From the NCBI GenBank assembly GCA_964057225.1, contig OZ059898.1, positions 3,534,001 through 3,598,000 on the forward strand: a DNA stretch of 64,000 nt, in the 5' to 3' direction. Below, piece after piece: positions 9,501 through 25,199 of this stretch. The notes under the pieces are model-generated. The model worked only from the letters and a program-made list of their open reading frames with translations. It was not told the DNA's origin and did not search any database. The number at the start of each line of letters is the position of its first letter. Position 1 is the stretch's first letter. The translations under genes were made by a program, and so were the position numbers. The stretch is from Auanema rhodensis. Taxonomy: Eukaryota; Animalia; Nematoda.

Positions 9501-11800
9501 GATGCGGATTTTTAAGCTGCGTCGATCTGTGTTATCAGATTTGCGCTAGCTTAAAAATGCACCGAGATATCAACTGATATAAGTTCACACTTATATCCTC
9601 GATTCTCACCCTAAAGAATTAATGTTTTCGTTGAATAACATTGTCCATCGTCTTCGCCTTGAAAAATGGAATCTAAAAACATCTACTTTTTGCTAAATTA
9701 TTTCGAAATTTTTCGAAAAAATTTTGTCAAAATGTTTTTGGAAGCAATATTGAGTGTACATGGAAACTCAACATACACTAATGCATCATTTTTCAAACGA
9801 TCATAACTAATTTTTGTATCAAGCGTTTCTCAATGTAGTATAGTGCATTCGATGCGGATTTTTAAGCTGCGTCGATCTGTGTTATCAGATTTGCGCTAGC
9901 TTAAAAATGCACCGAGATATCAACTGATATAAGTTCACACTTATATCCTCGATTTTCACCCTAAAGAATTAATTTTTTCGTTGAATAACATTGTCTATCG
10001 TCTTTGCCTTGAAAAATGGAATCTAAAAACATCTACTTTTTGCTAAATTCTTTTGAAATTTTTCGAAAAAATTTTTGTCAAAATGTTTTTGGAAGCAATA
10101 TTGAGTGTACATGGAAACTCAACATACACTAATGCATCATTTTTCAAACGATCATAACTAATTTTTGTATCAAGCGTTTCTCAATGTAGTATAGTGCATT
10201 CGATGCGGATTTTTAAGCTGCGTCGATCTGTGTTATCAGATTTGCGCTAGCTTAAAAATGCACCGAGATATCAACTGATATAAGTTCACACTTATATCCT
10301 CGATTCTCACCCTAAAGAATTAATGTTTTCGTTGAATAACATTGTCCATCGTCTTCGCCTTGAAAAATGGAATCTAAAAACATCTACTTTTTGCTAAATT
10401 ATTTCGAAATTTTTCGAAAAAATTTTGTCAAAATGTTTTTGGAAGCAATATTGAGTGTACATGGAAACTCAACATACACTAATGCATCATTTTTCAAACG
10501 ATCATAACTAATTTTTGTATCAAGCGTTTCTCAATGTAGTATAGTGCATTCGATGCGGATTTTTAAGCTGCGTCGATCTGTGTTATCAGATTTGCGCTAG
10601 CTTAAAAATGCACCGAGATATCAACTGATATAAGTTCACACTTATATCCTCGATTTTCACCCTGAAGAAATAATTTTTTCGTTGAATAACATTGTCCATC
10701 GTCTTTTGCCTTGAAAAATGGAATCTAAAAACATCTACTTTTTGCTAATTTCTTTTGAAATTTTTCGAAAAAATTTTTGTCAAAATGTTTTTGGAAGCAA
10801 TGTTGAGTGTACATGGAAACTCAACATACACTAATGCATCATTTTTCAAACGATCATAACTAATTTTTGTATCAAGCGTTTCTCAATGTAGTATAGTGCA
10901 TTCGATGCGGATTTTTAAGCTGCGTCGATCTGTGTTATCAGATTTGCGCTAGCTTAAAAATGCACCGAGATATCAACTGATATAAGTTCACACTTATATC
11001 CTCGATTTTCACCCTAAAGAATTAATTTTTTCGTTGAATAACATTGTCTATCGTCTTTGCCTTGAAAAATGGAATCTAAAAACATCTACTTTTTGCTAAA
11101 TTCTTTTGAAATTTTTCGAAAAAATTTTTGTCAAAATGTTTTTGGAAGCAATATTGAGTGTACATGGAAACTCAACATACACTAATGCATCATTTTTCAA
11201 ACGATCATAACTAATTTTTGTATCAAGCGTTTCTCAATGTAGTATAGTGCATTCGATGCGGATTTTTAAGCTGCGTCGATCTGTGTTATCAGATTTGCGC
11301 TAGCTTAAAAATGCACCGAGATATCAACTGATATAAGTTCACACTTATATCCTCGATTCTCACCCTAAAGAATTAATGTTTTCGTTGAATAACATTGTCC
11401 ATCGTCTTCGCCTTGAAAAATGGAATCTAAAAACATCTACTTTTTGCTAAATTATTTCGAAATTTTTCGAAAAAATTTTGTCAAAATGTTTTTGGAAGCA
11501 ATATTGAGTGTACATGGAAACTCAACATACACTAATGCATCATTTTTCAAACGATCATAACTAATTTTTGTATCAAGCGTTTCTCAATGTAGTATAGTGC
11601 ATTCGATGCGGATTTTTAAGCTGCGTCGATCTGTGTTATCAGATTTGCGCTAGCTTAAAAATGCACCGAGATATCAACTGATATAAGTTCACACTTATAT
11701 CCTCGATTTTCACCCTGAAGAAATAATTTTTTCGTTGAATAACATTGTCCATCGTCTTTTGCCTTGAAAAATGGAATCTAAAAACATCTACTTTTTGCTA
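6600..11800. repeat. Nested local higher-order repeats: 6-mer (2105 bp) x2 containing a 2-mer duplication, followed by a 3-mer repeat
   Basis: Marker GATTCTCACC at 7500, 8201, 9605, 10306, 11359. Marker TTCAATGCGG at 6694 and 8799. Boundaries are approximate. Confidence 0.85.
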
Positions 11801-12650
11801 ATTTCTTTTGAAATTTTTCGAAAAAATTTTTGTCAAAATGTTTTTGGAAGCAATGTTGAGTGTACATGGAAACTCAACATACACTAATGCATCATTTTTC
11901 AAACGATCATAACTAATTTTTGTATCAAGCGTTTCTCAATGTAGTATAGTGCATTCGATGCGGATTTTTAAGCTGCGTCGATCTGTGTTATCAGATTTGC
12001 GCTAGCTTAAAAATGCACCGAGATATCAACTGATATAAGTTCACACTTATATCCTCGATTTTCACCCTAAAGAATTAATTTTTTCGTTGAATAACATTGT
12101 CTATCGTCTTTGCCTTGAAAAATGGAATCTAAAAACATCTACTTTTTGCTAAATTCTTTTGAAATTTTTCGAAAAAATTTTTGTCAAAATGTTTTTGGAA
12201 GCAATATTGAGTGTACATGGAAACTCAACATACACTAATGCATCATTTTTCAAACGATCATAACTAATTTTTGTATCAAGCGTTTCTCAATGTAGTATAG
12301 TGCATTCGATGCGGATTTTTAAGCTGCGTCGATCTGTGTTATCAGATTTGCGCTAGCTTAAAAATGCACCGAGATATCAACTGATATAAGTTCACACTTA
12401 TATCCTCGATTTTCACCCTAAAGAATTAATTTTTTCGTTGAATAACATTGTCCATCGTCTTCGCCTTGAAAAATGGAATCTAAAAACATCTACTTTTTGC
12501 TAATTTCTTTTGAAATTTTTCGAAAAAATTTTTGTCAAAATGTTTTTGGAAGCAATGTTGAGTGTACATGGAAACTCAACATACACTAATGCATCATTTT
12601 TCAAACGATCATAACTAATTTTTGTATCAAGCGTTTCTCAATGTAGTATA

Positions 12651-15600
12651 GTGCATTCGATGCGGATTTTTAAGCTGCGTCGATCTGTGTTATCAGATTT
12701 GCGCTAGCTTAAAAATGCACCGAGATATCAACTGATATAAGTTCACACTTATATCCTCGATTTTCACCCTAAAGAATTAATTTTTTCGTTGAATAACATT
12801 GTCTATCGTCTTTGCCTTGAAAAATGGAATCTAAAAACATCTACTTTTTGCTAAATTCTTTTGAAATTTTTTGAAAAAATTTTTGTCAAAATGTTTTTGG
12901 AAGCAATATTGAGTGTACATGGAAACTCAACATACACTAATGCATCATTTTTCAAACGATCATAACTAATTTTTGTATCAAGCGTTTCTCAATGTAGTAT
13001 AGTGCATTCGATGCGGATTTTTAAGCTGCGTCGATCTGTGTTATCAGATTTGCGCTAGCTTAAAAATGCACCGAGATATCAACTGATATAAGTTCACACT
13101 TATATCCTCGATTTTCACCCTGAAGAAATAATTTTTTCGTTGAATAACATTGTCCATCGTCTTCGCCTTGAAAAATGGAATCTAAAAACATCTACTTTTT
13201 GCTAAATTCTTTTGAAATTTTTCGAAAAAAGTTTTGTCAAAATGTTTTTGGAAGCAATGTTGAGTGTACATGGAAACTCAACATACACTAATGCATCATT
13301 TTTCAAACGATCATAACTAATTTTTGTATCAAGCGTTTCTCAATGTAGTATAGTGCATTCGATGCGGATTTTTAAGCTGCGTCGATCTGTGTTATCAGAT
13401 TTGCGCTAGCTTAAAAATGCACCGAGATATCAACTGATATAAGTTCACACTTATATCCTCGATTTTCACCCTAAAGAATTAATTTTTTCGTTGAATAACA
13501 TTGTCCATCGTCTTCGCCTTGAAAAATGGAATCTAAAAACATCTACTTTTTGCTAATTTCTTTTGAAATTTTTCGAAAAAATTTTTGTCAAAATGTTTTT
13601 GGAAGCAATGTTGAGTGTACATGGAAACTCAACATACACTAATGCATCATTTTTCAAACGATCATAACTAATTTTTGTATTAAGCGTTTCTCAATGTAGT
13701 AGAGTGCATTCGATGCGGATTTTTAAGCTGCGTCGATCTGTGTTATCAGATTTGCGCTAGCTTAAAAATGCACCGAGATATCAACTGATATAAGTTCACA
13801 CTTATATCCTCGATTTTCACCCTAAAGAATTAATTTTTTCGTTGAATAACATTGTCCAGCGTCTTTTGCTTTGAAAAATGGAATCTAAAAACATCTACTT
13901 TTTGCTAAATTCTTTTGAAATTTTTTGAAAAAATTTTTGTCAAAATGTTTTTGGAAGCAATATTGAGTGTACATGGAAACTCAACATACACTAATGCATC
14001 ATTTTTCAAACGATCATAACTAATTTTTGTATTAAGCGTTTCTCAATGTAGTATAGTGCATTCGATGCGGATTTTTAAGCTGCGTCGATCTGTGTTATCA
14101 GATTTGCGCTAGCTTAAAAATGCACCGAGATATCAACTGATATAAGTTCACACTTATATCCTCGATTTTCACCCTGAAGAAATAATTTTTTCGTTGAATA
14201 ACATTGTCCATCGTCTTTTGCTTTGAAAAATGGAATCTAAAAACATCTACTTTTTGCTAAATTCTTTTGAAATTTTTCGAAAAAAGTTTTGTCAAAATGT
14301 TTTTGGAAGCAATGTTGAGTGTACATGGAAACTCAACATACACTAATGCATCATTTTTCAAACGATCATAACTAATTTTTGTATCAAGCGTTTCTCAATG
14401 TAGTATAGTGCATTCGATGCGGATTTTTAAGCTGCGTCGATCTGTGTTATCAGATTTGCGCTAGCTTAAAAATGCACCGAGAAATCAACTGATATAGGTT
14501 CACACTTATATCCTCGATTTTATCCCTGAAGAAATAATTTTTTCGTTGAATAACATTGTCCATCGTCTTTGCCTTAAAAAAAGGAATCTAAAAACATCTA
14601 CTTTTTGCTAAATTCTTTTGAAATTTTTTGAAAAAATTTTTGTCAAAATGTTTTTGGAAGCAATATTGAGTGTACATGGAAACTCAACATACACTAATGC
14701 ATCATTTTTCAAACGATCATAGCTAATTTTTGTATCAAGCGTTTCTCAATGTAGTAGAGTGCATTCGATGCGGATTTTTAAGCTGCGTCGATCTGTGTTA
14801 TCAGATTTGCGCTAGCTTAAAAATGCACCGAGATATCAACTGATATAAGTTCACACTTATATCCTCGATTTTCACCCTGAAGAAATAATTTTTTCGTTGA
14901 ATAACATTGTCCATCGTCTTTGCCTTGAAAAATGGAATCTAAAAACATCTACTTTTTGCTAAATTCTTTTGAAATTTTTCGAAAAAATTTTTGTCAAAAT
15001 GTTTTTGGAAGCAATGTTGAGTGTACATGGAAACTCAACATACACTAATGCATCATTTTTCAAACGATCATAACTAATTTTTGTATCAAGCGTTTCTCAA
15101 TGTAGTATAGTGCATTCGATGCGAATTTTTAAGCTGCGTCGATCTGTGTTATCAGATTTGCGCTAGCTTAAAAATGCACCGAGAAATCAACTGATATAGG
15201 TTCACACTTATATCCTCGATTTTCACCCTGAAGAAATATTTTTTTCGTTGAATAACATTGTCTATCGTCTTTGCCTTGAAAAATGGAATCTAAAAACATC
15301 TACTTTTTGCTAAATTATTTTGAAATTTTTCGAAAAAATTTTTGTCAAAATGTTTTTGGAAGCAATATTGAGTGTACATGGAAACTCAACATACACTAAT
15401 GCATCATTTTTCAAACGATCATAGCTAATTTTTGTATCAAGCGTTTCTCAATGTAGTAGAGTGCATTCGATGCGGATTTTTAAGCTGCGTCGATCTGTGT
15501 TATCAGATTTGCGCTAGCTTAAAAATGCACCGAGATATCAACTGATATAAGTTCACACTTATATCCTCGATTTTCACCCTGAAGAAATAATTTTTTCGTT

Positions 15601-18600
15601 GAATAACATTGTCCATCGTCTTTGCCTTGAAAAAAGGAATCTAAAAACATCTACTTTTTGCTAAATTCTTTTGAAATTTTTCGAAAAAATTTTTGTCAAA
15701 ATGTTTTTGGAAGCAATGTTGAGTGTACATGGAAACTCAACATACACTAATGCATCATTTTTCAAACGATCATAACTAATTTTTGTATCAAGCGTTTCTC
15801 AATGTAGTATAGTGCATTTGATGCGGATTTTTAAGCTGCGTCGATCTGTGTGATCAGATTTACGCTAGCTTAAAAATGCACCGAGAAATCAACTGATATA
15901 GGTTCACACTTATATCCTCGATTTTCACCCTGAAGAAATATTTTTTTCGTTGAATAACATTGTCTATCGTCTTTGCCTTGAAAAATGGAATCTAAAAACA
16001 TCTACTTTTTGCTAAATTCTTTTGAAATTTTTTGAAAAAATTTTTGTCAAAATGTTTTTGGAAGCAATGTTGAGTGTACATGGAAACTCAACATACACTA
16101 ATGCATCATTTTTCAAACGATCATAACTAATTTTTGTATTAAGCGTTTCTCAATGTAGTAGAGTGCATTCGATGCGGATTTTTAAGCTGCGTCGATCTGT
16201 GTTATCAGATTTGCGCTAGCTTAAAAATGCACCGAGAAATCAACTGATATAAGTTCACACTTATATCCTCGATTTTCACCCTGAAGAAATAATTTTTTCG
16301 TTGAATAACATTGTCCATCGTCTTTGCCTTGAAAAAAGGAATCTAAAAACATCTACTTTTTGCTAAATTATTTTGAAATTTTTCGAAAAAATTTTTGTCA
16401 AAATGTTTTTGGAAGCAATATTGAGTGTACATGGAAACTCAACATACACTAATGCATCATTTTTCAAACGATCATAACTAATTTGTGTATTAAGCGTTTC
16501 TCAATGTAGTATAGTGCATTTGATGCGGATTTTTAAGCTGCGTCGATCTGTGTGATCAGATTTACGCTAGCTTAAAAATGCACCGAGATATCAACTGATA
16601 TAAGTTCACACTTATATCCTCTATTTTCACCCTAAAGAATTAATTTTTTCGTTGAATAACATTGTCTATCGTCTTTGCCTTGAAAAATGGAATCTAAAAA
16701 CATCTACTTTTTGCTAAATTCTTTTGAAATTTTTTGAAAAAATTTTTGTCAAAATGTTTTTGGAAGCAATGTTGAGTGTACATGGAAACTCAACATACAC
16801 TAATGCATCATTTTTCAAACGATCATAACTAATTTTTGTATCAAGCGTTTCTCAATGTAGTATAGTGCATTCGATGCGGATTTTTAAGCTGCGTCGATCT
16901 GTGTTATCAGATTTGCGCTAGCTTAAAAATGCACCGAGATATCAACTGATATAAGTTCACACTTATATCCTCGATTTTCACCCTGAAGAAATAATTTTTT
17001 CGTTGAATAACATTGTCCATCGTCTTTGCCTTGAAAAAAGGAATCTAAAAAATCTACTTTTTGCTAAATTATTTTGAAATTTTTCGAAAAAATTTTTGTC
17101 AAAATGTTTTTGGAAGCAATGTTGAGTGTACATGGAAACTCAACATACACTAATGCATCATTTTTCAAACGATCATAACTAATTTTTGTATCAAGCGTTT
17201 CTCAATGTAGTATAGTGCATTCGATGCGGAATTTTAAGCTGCGTCGATCTGTGTTATCAGATTTGCGCTAGCTTAAAAATGCACCGAGATATCAACTGAT
17301 ATAAGTTCACACTTATATCCTCGATTTTCACCCTGAAGAAATAATTTTTTCGTTGAATAACATTGTCCATCGTCTTTGCCTTGAAAAATGGAATCTAAAA
17401 ACATCTACTTTTTGCTAAATTCTTTTGAAATTTTTCGAAAAAATTTTTGTCAAAATGTTTTTGGAAGCAATGTTGAGTGTACATGGAAACTCAACATACA
17501 CTAATGCATCATTTTTCAAACGATCATAACTAATTTTTGTATTAAGCGTTTCTCAATGTAGTAGAGTGCATTCGATGCGGATTTTTAAGCTGCGTCGATC
17601 TGTGTTATCAGATTTGCGCTAGCTTAAAAATGCACCGAGATATCAACTGATATAAGTTCACACTTATATCCTCGATTTTCACCCTAAAGAATTAATTTTT
17701 TCGTTGAATAACATTGTCTATCGTCTTTGCCTTGAAAAATGGAATCTAAAAACATCTACTTTTTGCTAAATTCTTTTGAAATTTTTTGAAAAAATTTTTG
17801 TCAAAATGTTTTTGGAAGCAATATTGAGTGTACATGGAAACTCAACATACACTAATGCATCATTTTTCAAACGATCATAACTAATTTTTGTATCAAGCGT
17901 TTCTCAATGTAGTATAGTGCATTCGATGCGGATTTTTAAGCTGCGTCGATCTGTGTTATCAGATTTGCGCTAGCTTAAAAATGCACCGAGATATCAACTG
18001 ATATAAGTTCACACTTATATCCTCGATTTTCACCCTGAAGAAATAATTTTTTCGTTGAATAACATTGTCCATCGTCTTCGCCTTGAAAAATGGAATCTAA
18101 AAACATCTACTTTTTGCTAAATTCTTTTGAAATTTTTCGAAAAAAGTTTTGTCAAAATGTTTTTGGAAGCAATGTTGAGTGTACATGGAAACTCAACATA
18201 CACTAATGCATCATTTTTCAAACGATCATAACTAATTTTTGTATCAAGCGTTTCTCAATGTAGTATAGTGCATTCGATGCGGATTTTTAAGCTGCGTCGA
18301 TCTGTGTTATCAGATTTGCGCTAGCTTAAAAATGCACCGAGATATCAACTGATATAAGTTCACACTTATATCCTCGATTTTCACCCTAAAGAATTAATTT
18401 TTTCGTTGAATAACATTGTCCATCGTCTTCGCCTTGAAAAATGGAATCTAAAAACATCTACTTTTTGCTAATTTCTTTTGAAATTTTTCGAAAAAATTTT
18501 TGTCAAAATGTTTTTGGAAGCAATGTTGAGTGTACATGGAAACTCAACATACACTAATGCATCATTTTTCAAACGATCATAACTAATTTTTGTATTAAGC

Positions 18601-21600
18601 GTTTCTCAATGTAGTAGAGTGCATTCGATGCGGATTTTTAAGCTGCGTCGATCTGTGTTATCAGATTTGCGCTAGCTTAAAAATGCACCGAGATATCAAC
18701 TGATATAAGTTCACACTTATATCCTCGATTTTCACCCTAAAGAATTAATTTTTTCGTTGAATAACATTGTCCAGCGTCTTTTGCTTTGAAAAATGGAATC
18801 TAAAAACATCTACTTTTTGCTAAATTCTTTTGAAATTTTTTGAAAAAATTTTTGTCAAAATGTTTTTGGAAGCAATATTGAGTGTACATGGAAACTCAAC
18901 ATACACTAATGCATCATTTTTCAAACGATCATAACTAATTTTTGTATTAAGCGTTTCTCAATGTAGTATAGTGCATTCGATGCGGATTTTTAAGCTGCGT
19001 CGATCTGTGTTATCAGATTTGCGCTAGCTTAAAAATGCACCGAGATATCAACTGATATAAGTTCACACTTATATCCTCGATTTTCACCCTGAAGAAATAA
19101 TTTTTTCGTTGAATAACATTGTCCATCGTCTTTTGCTTTGAAAAATGGAATCTAAAAACATCTACTTTTTGCTAAATTCTTTTGAAATTTTTCGAAAAAA
19201 GTTTTGTCAAAATGTTTTTGGAAGCAATGTTGAGTGTACATGGAAACTCAACATACACTAATGCATCATTTTTCAAACGATCATAACTAATTTTTGTATC
19301 AAGCGTTTCTCAATGTAGTATAGTGCATTCGATGCGGATTTTTAAGCTGCGTCGATCTGTGTTATCAGATTTGCGCTAGCTTAAAAATGCACCGAGAAAT
19401 CAACTGATATAGGTTCACACTTATATCCTCGATTTTATCCCTGAAGAAATAATTTTTTCGTTGAATAACATTGTCCATCGTCTTTGCCTTAAAAAAAGGA
19501 ATCTAAAAACATCTACTTTTTGCTAAATTCTTTTGAAATTTTTTGAAAAAATTTTTGTCAAAATGTTTTTGGAAGCAATATTGAGTGTACATGGAAACTC
19601 AACATACACTAATGCATCATTTTTCAAACGATCATAGCTAATTTTTGTATCAAGCGTTTCTCAATGTAGTAGAGTGCATTCGATGCGGATTTTTAAGCTG
19701 CGTCGATCTGTGTTATCAGATTTGCGCTAGCTTAAAAATGCACCGAGATATCAACTGATATAAGTTCACACTTATATCCTCGATTTTCACCCTGAAGAAA
19801 TAATTTTTTCGTTGAATAACATTGTCCATCGTCTTTGCCTTGAAAAATGGAATCTAAAAACATCTACTTTTTGCTAAATTCTTTTGAAATTTTTCGAAAA
19901 AATTTTTGTCAAAATGTTTTTGGAAGCAATGTTGAGTGTACATGGAAACTCAACATACACTAATGCATCATTTTTCAAACGATCATAACTAATTTTTGTA
20001 TCAAGCGTTTCTCAATGTAGTATAGTGCATTCGATGCGAATTTTTAAGCTGCGTCGATCTGTGTTATCAGATTTGCGCTAGCTTAAAAATGCACCGAGAA
20101 ATCAACTGATATAGGTTCACACTTATATCCTCGATTTTCACCCTGAAGAAATATTTTTTTCGTTGAATAACATTGTCTATCGTCTTTGCCTTGAAAAATG
20201 GAATCTAAAAACATCTACTTTTTGCTAAATTATTTTGAAATTTTTCGAAAAAATTTTTGTCAAAATGTTTTTGGAAGCAATATTGAGTGTACATGGAAAC
20301 TCAACATACACTAATGCATCATTTTTCAAACGATCATAGCTAATTTTTGTATCAAGCGTTTCTCAATGTAGTAGAGTGCATTCGATGCGGATTTTTAAGC
20401 TGCGTCGATCTGTGTTATCAGATTTGCGCTAGCTTAAAAATGCACCGAGATATCAACTGATATAAGTTCACACTTATATCCTCGATTTTCACCCTGAAGA
20501 AATAATTTTTTCGTTGAATAACATTGTCCATCGTCTTTGCCTTGAAAAAAGGAATCTAAAAACATCTACTTTTTGCTAAATTCTTTTGAAATTTTTCGAA
20601 AAAATTTTTGTCAAAATGTTTTTGGAAGCAATGTTGAGTGTACATGGAAACTCAACATACACTAATGCATCATTTTTCAAACGATCATAACTAATTTTTG
20701 TATCAAGCGTTTCTCAATGTAGTATAGTGCATTTGATGCGGATTTTTAAGCTGCGTCGATCTGTGTGATCAGATTTACGCTAGCTTAAAAATGCACCGAG
20801 AAATCAACTGATATAGGTTCACACTTATATCCTCGATTTTCACCCTGAAGAAATATTTTTTTCGTTGAATAACATTGTCTATCGTCTTTGCCTTGAAAAA
20901 TGGAATCTAAAAACATCTACTTTTTGCTAAATTCTTTTGAAATTTTTTGAAAAAATTTTTGTCAAAATGTTTTTGGAAGCAATGTTGAGTGTACATGGAA
21001 ACTCAACATACACTAATGCATCATTTTTCAAACGATCATAACTAATTTTTGTATTAAGCGTTTCTCAATGTAGTAGAGTGCATTCGATGCGGATTTTTAA
21101 GCTGCGTCGATCTGTGTTATCAGATTTGCGCTAGCTTAAAAATGCACCGAGAAATCAACTGATATAAGTTCACACTTATATCCTCGATTTTCACCCTGAA
21201 GAAATAATTTTTTCGTTGAATAACATTGTCCATCGTCTTTGCCTTGAAAAAAGGAATCTAAAAACATCTACTTTTTGCTAAATTATTTTGAAATTTTTCG
21301 AAAAAATTTTTGTCAAAATGTTTTTGGAAGCAATATTGAGTGTACATGGAAACTCAACATACACTAATGCATCATTTTTCAAACGATCATAACTAATTTG
21401 TGTATTAAGCGTTTCTCAATGTAGTATAGTGCATTTGATGCGGATTTTTAAGCTGCGTCGATCTGTGTGATCAGATTTACGCTAGCTTAAAAATGCACCG
21501 AGATATCAACTGATATAAGTTCACACTTATATCCTCTATTTTCACCCTAAAGAATTAATTTTTTCGTTGAATAACATTGTCTATCGTCTTTGCCTTGAAA

Positions 21601-22555
21601 AATGGAATCTAAAAACATCTACTTTTTGCTAAATTCTTTTGAAATTTTTTGAAAAAATTTTTGTCAAAATGTTTTTGGAAGCAATGTTGAGTGTACATGG
21701 AAACTCAACATACACTAATGCATCATTTTTCAAACGATCATAACTAATTTTTGTATCAAGCGTTTCTCAATGTAGTATAGTGCATTCGATGCGGATTTTT
21801 AAGCTGCGTCGATCTGTGTTATCAGATTTGCGCTAGCTTAAAAATGCACCGAGATATCAACTGATATAAGTTCACACTTATATCCTCGATTTTCACCCTG
21901 AAGAAATAATTTTTTCGTTGAATAACATTGTCCATCGTCTTTGCCTTGAAAAAAGGAATCTAAAAAATCTACTTTTTGCTAAATTATTTTGAAATTTTTC
22001 GAAAAAATTTTTGTCAAAATGTTTTTGGAAGCAATGTTGAGTGTACATGGAAACTCAACATACACTAATGCATCATTTTTCAAACGATCATAACTAATTT
22101 TTGTATCAAGCGTTTCTCAATGTAGTATAGTGCATTCGATGCGGAATTTTAAGCTGCGTCGATCTGTGTTATCAGATTTGCGCTAGCTTAAAAATGCACC
22201 GAGATATCAACTGATATAAGTTCACACTTATATCCTCGATTTTCACCCTGAAGAAATAATTTTTTCGTTGAATAACATTGTCCATCGTCTTTGCCTTGAA
22301 AAATGGAATCTAAAAACATCTACTTTTTGCTAAATTCTTTTGAAATTTTTCGAAAAAATTTTTGTCAAAATGTTTTTGGAAGCAATGTTGAGTGTACATG
22401 GAAACTCAACATACACTAATGCATCATTTTTCAAACGATCATAACTAATTTTTGTATTAAGCGTTTCTCAATGTAGTAGAGTGCATTCGATGCGGATTTT
22501 TAAGCTGCGTCGATCTGTGTTATCAGATTTGCGCTAGCTTAAAAATGCACCGAGA
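12651..22555. repeat. Tandem duplication of a 14-monomer block (4915 bp x2)
   Basis: Rare variants pair at +4915: 13859/18774, 14522/19437, 15124/20039, 16622/21537. Confidence 0.92.
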
Positions 22556-25199
22556 AATCAACTGATATAAGTTCACACTTATATCCTCGATTTTCACCCT
22601 GAAGAAATAATTTTTTCGTTGAATAACATTGTCCATCGTCTTTGCCTTGAAAAAAGGAATCTAAAAACATCTACTTTTTGCTAAATTATTTTGAAATTTT
22701 TCGAAAAAATTTTTGTCAAAATGTTTTTGGAAGCAATATTGAGTGTACATGGAAACTCAACATACACTAATGCATCATTTTTCAAACGATCATAACTAAT
22801 TTGTGTATTAAGCGTTTCTCAATGTAGTATAGTGCATTTGATGCGGATTTTTAAGCTGCGTCGATCTGTGTGATCAGATTTACGCTAGCTTAAAAATGCA
22901 CCGAGATATCAACTGATATAAGTTCACACTTATATCCTCTATTTTCACCCTAAAGAATTAATTTTTTCGTTGAATAACATTGTCTATCGTCTTTGCCTTA
23001 AAAAATGGAATCTAAAAACATCTACTTTTTGCTAAATTCTTTTGAAATTTTTTGAAAAAATTTTTGTCAAAATGTTTTTGGAAGCAATGTTGAGTGTACA
23101 TGGAAACTCAACATACACTAATGCATCATTTTTCAAACGATCATAACTAATTTTTGTATCAAGCGTTTCTCAATGTAGTATAGTGCATTCGATGCGGATT
23201 TTTAAGCTGCGTCGATCTGTGTTATCAGATTTGCGCTAGCTTAAAAATGCACCGAGATATCAACTGATATAAGTTCACACTTATATCCTCGATTTTCACC
23301 CTGAAGAAATAATTTTTTCGTTGAATAACATTGTCCATCGTCTTTGCCTTGAAAAAAGGAATCTAAAAAATCTACTTTTTGCTAAATTATTTTGAAATTT
23401 TTCGAAAAAATTTTTGTCAAAATGTTTTTGGAAGCAATGTTGAGTGTACATGGAAACTCAACATACACTAATGCATCATTTTTCAAACGATCATAACTAA
23501 TTTTTGTATCAAGCGTTTCTCAATGTAGTATAGTGCATTCGATGCGGAATTTTAAGCTGCGTCGATCTGTGTTATCAGATTTGCGCTAGCTTAAAAATGC
23601 ACCGAGATATCAACTGATATAAGTTCACACTTATATCCTCGATTTTCACCCTGAAGAAATAATTTTTTCGTTGAATAACATTGTCCATCGTCTTTGCCTT
23701 GAAAAATGGAATCTAAAAACATCTACTTTTTGCTAAATTCTTTTGAAATTTTTCGAAAAAATTTTTGTCAAAATGTTTTTGGAAGCAATGTTGAGTGTAC
23801 ATGGAAACTCAACATACACTAATGCATCATTTTTCAAACGATCATAACTAATTTTTGTATCAAGCGTTTCTCAATGTAGTATAGTGCATTCGATGCGGAT
23901 TTTTAAGCTGCGTCGATCTGTGTTATCAGATTTGCGCTAGCTTAAAAATGCACCGAGAAATCAACTGATATAGGTTCACACTTATATCCTCGATTTTCAC
24001 CCTGAAGAAATAATTTTTTCGTTGAATAACATTGTCCATCGTCTTTGCCTTAAAAAAAGAAATCTAAAAACATCTACTTTTTGCTAAATTATTTTGAAAT
24101 TTTTCGAAAAAATTTTTGTCAAAATGTTTTTGGAAGCAATATTGAGTGTACATGGAAACTCAACATACACTAATGCATCATTTTTCAAACGATCATAGCT
24201 AATTTTTGTATCAAGCGTTTCTCAATGTAGTATAGTGCATTCGATGCGGATTTTTAAGCTGCGTCGATCTGTGTTATCAGATTTGCGCTAGCTTAAAAAT
24301 GCACCGAGATATCAACTGATATAAGTTCACACTTATATCCTCGATTTTCACCCTGAAGAAATAATTTTTTCGTTGAATAACATTGTCCATCGTCTTTGCC
24401 TTGAAAAATGGAATCTAAAAACATCTACTTTTTGCTAAATTCTTTTGAAATTTTTCGAAAAAATTTTTGTCAAAATGTTTTTGGAAGCAATGTTGAGTGT
24501 ACATGGAAACTCAACATACACTAATGCATCATTTTTCAAACGATCATAACTAATTTTTGTATCAAGCGTTTCTCAATGTAGTATAGTGCATTCGATGCGG
24601 ATTTTTAAGCTGCGTCGATCTGTGTTATCAGATTTGCGCTAGCTTAAAAATGCACCGAGATATCAACTGATATAAGTTCACACTTATATCCTCGATTTTC
24701 ACCCTGAAGAAATAATTTTTTCGTTGAATAACATTGTCCATCGTCTTTGCCTTGAAAAATGGAATCTAAAAACATCTACTTTTTGCTAAATTCTTTTGAA
24801 ATTTTTCGAAAAAATTTTTGTCAAAATGTTTTTGGAAGCAATATTGAGTGTGCATGGAAACTCAACATACACCAATGCATCATTTTTCAAACGATCATAA
24901 CTAATTTTTGTATTAAGCGTTTCTCAATGTAGTAGAGTGCATTCGATGCGGATTTTTAAGCTGCGTCGATCTGTGTTATCAGATTTGCGCTAGCTTAAAA
25001 ATGCACCGAGAAATCAACTGATATAAGTTCACACTTATATCCTCGATTTTCACCCTGAAGAAATAATTTTTTCGTTGAATAACATTGTCCATCGTCTTTG
25101 CCTTGAAAAAAGGAATCTAAAAACATCTACTTTTTGCTAAATTATTTTGAAATTTTTCGAAAAAATTTTTGTCAAAATGTTTTTGGAAGCAATATTGAG

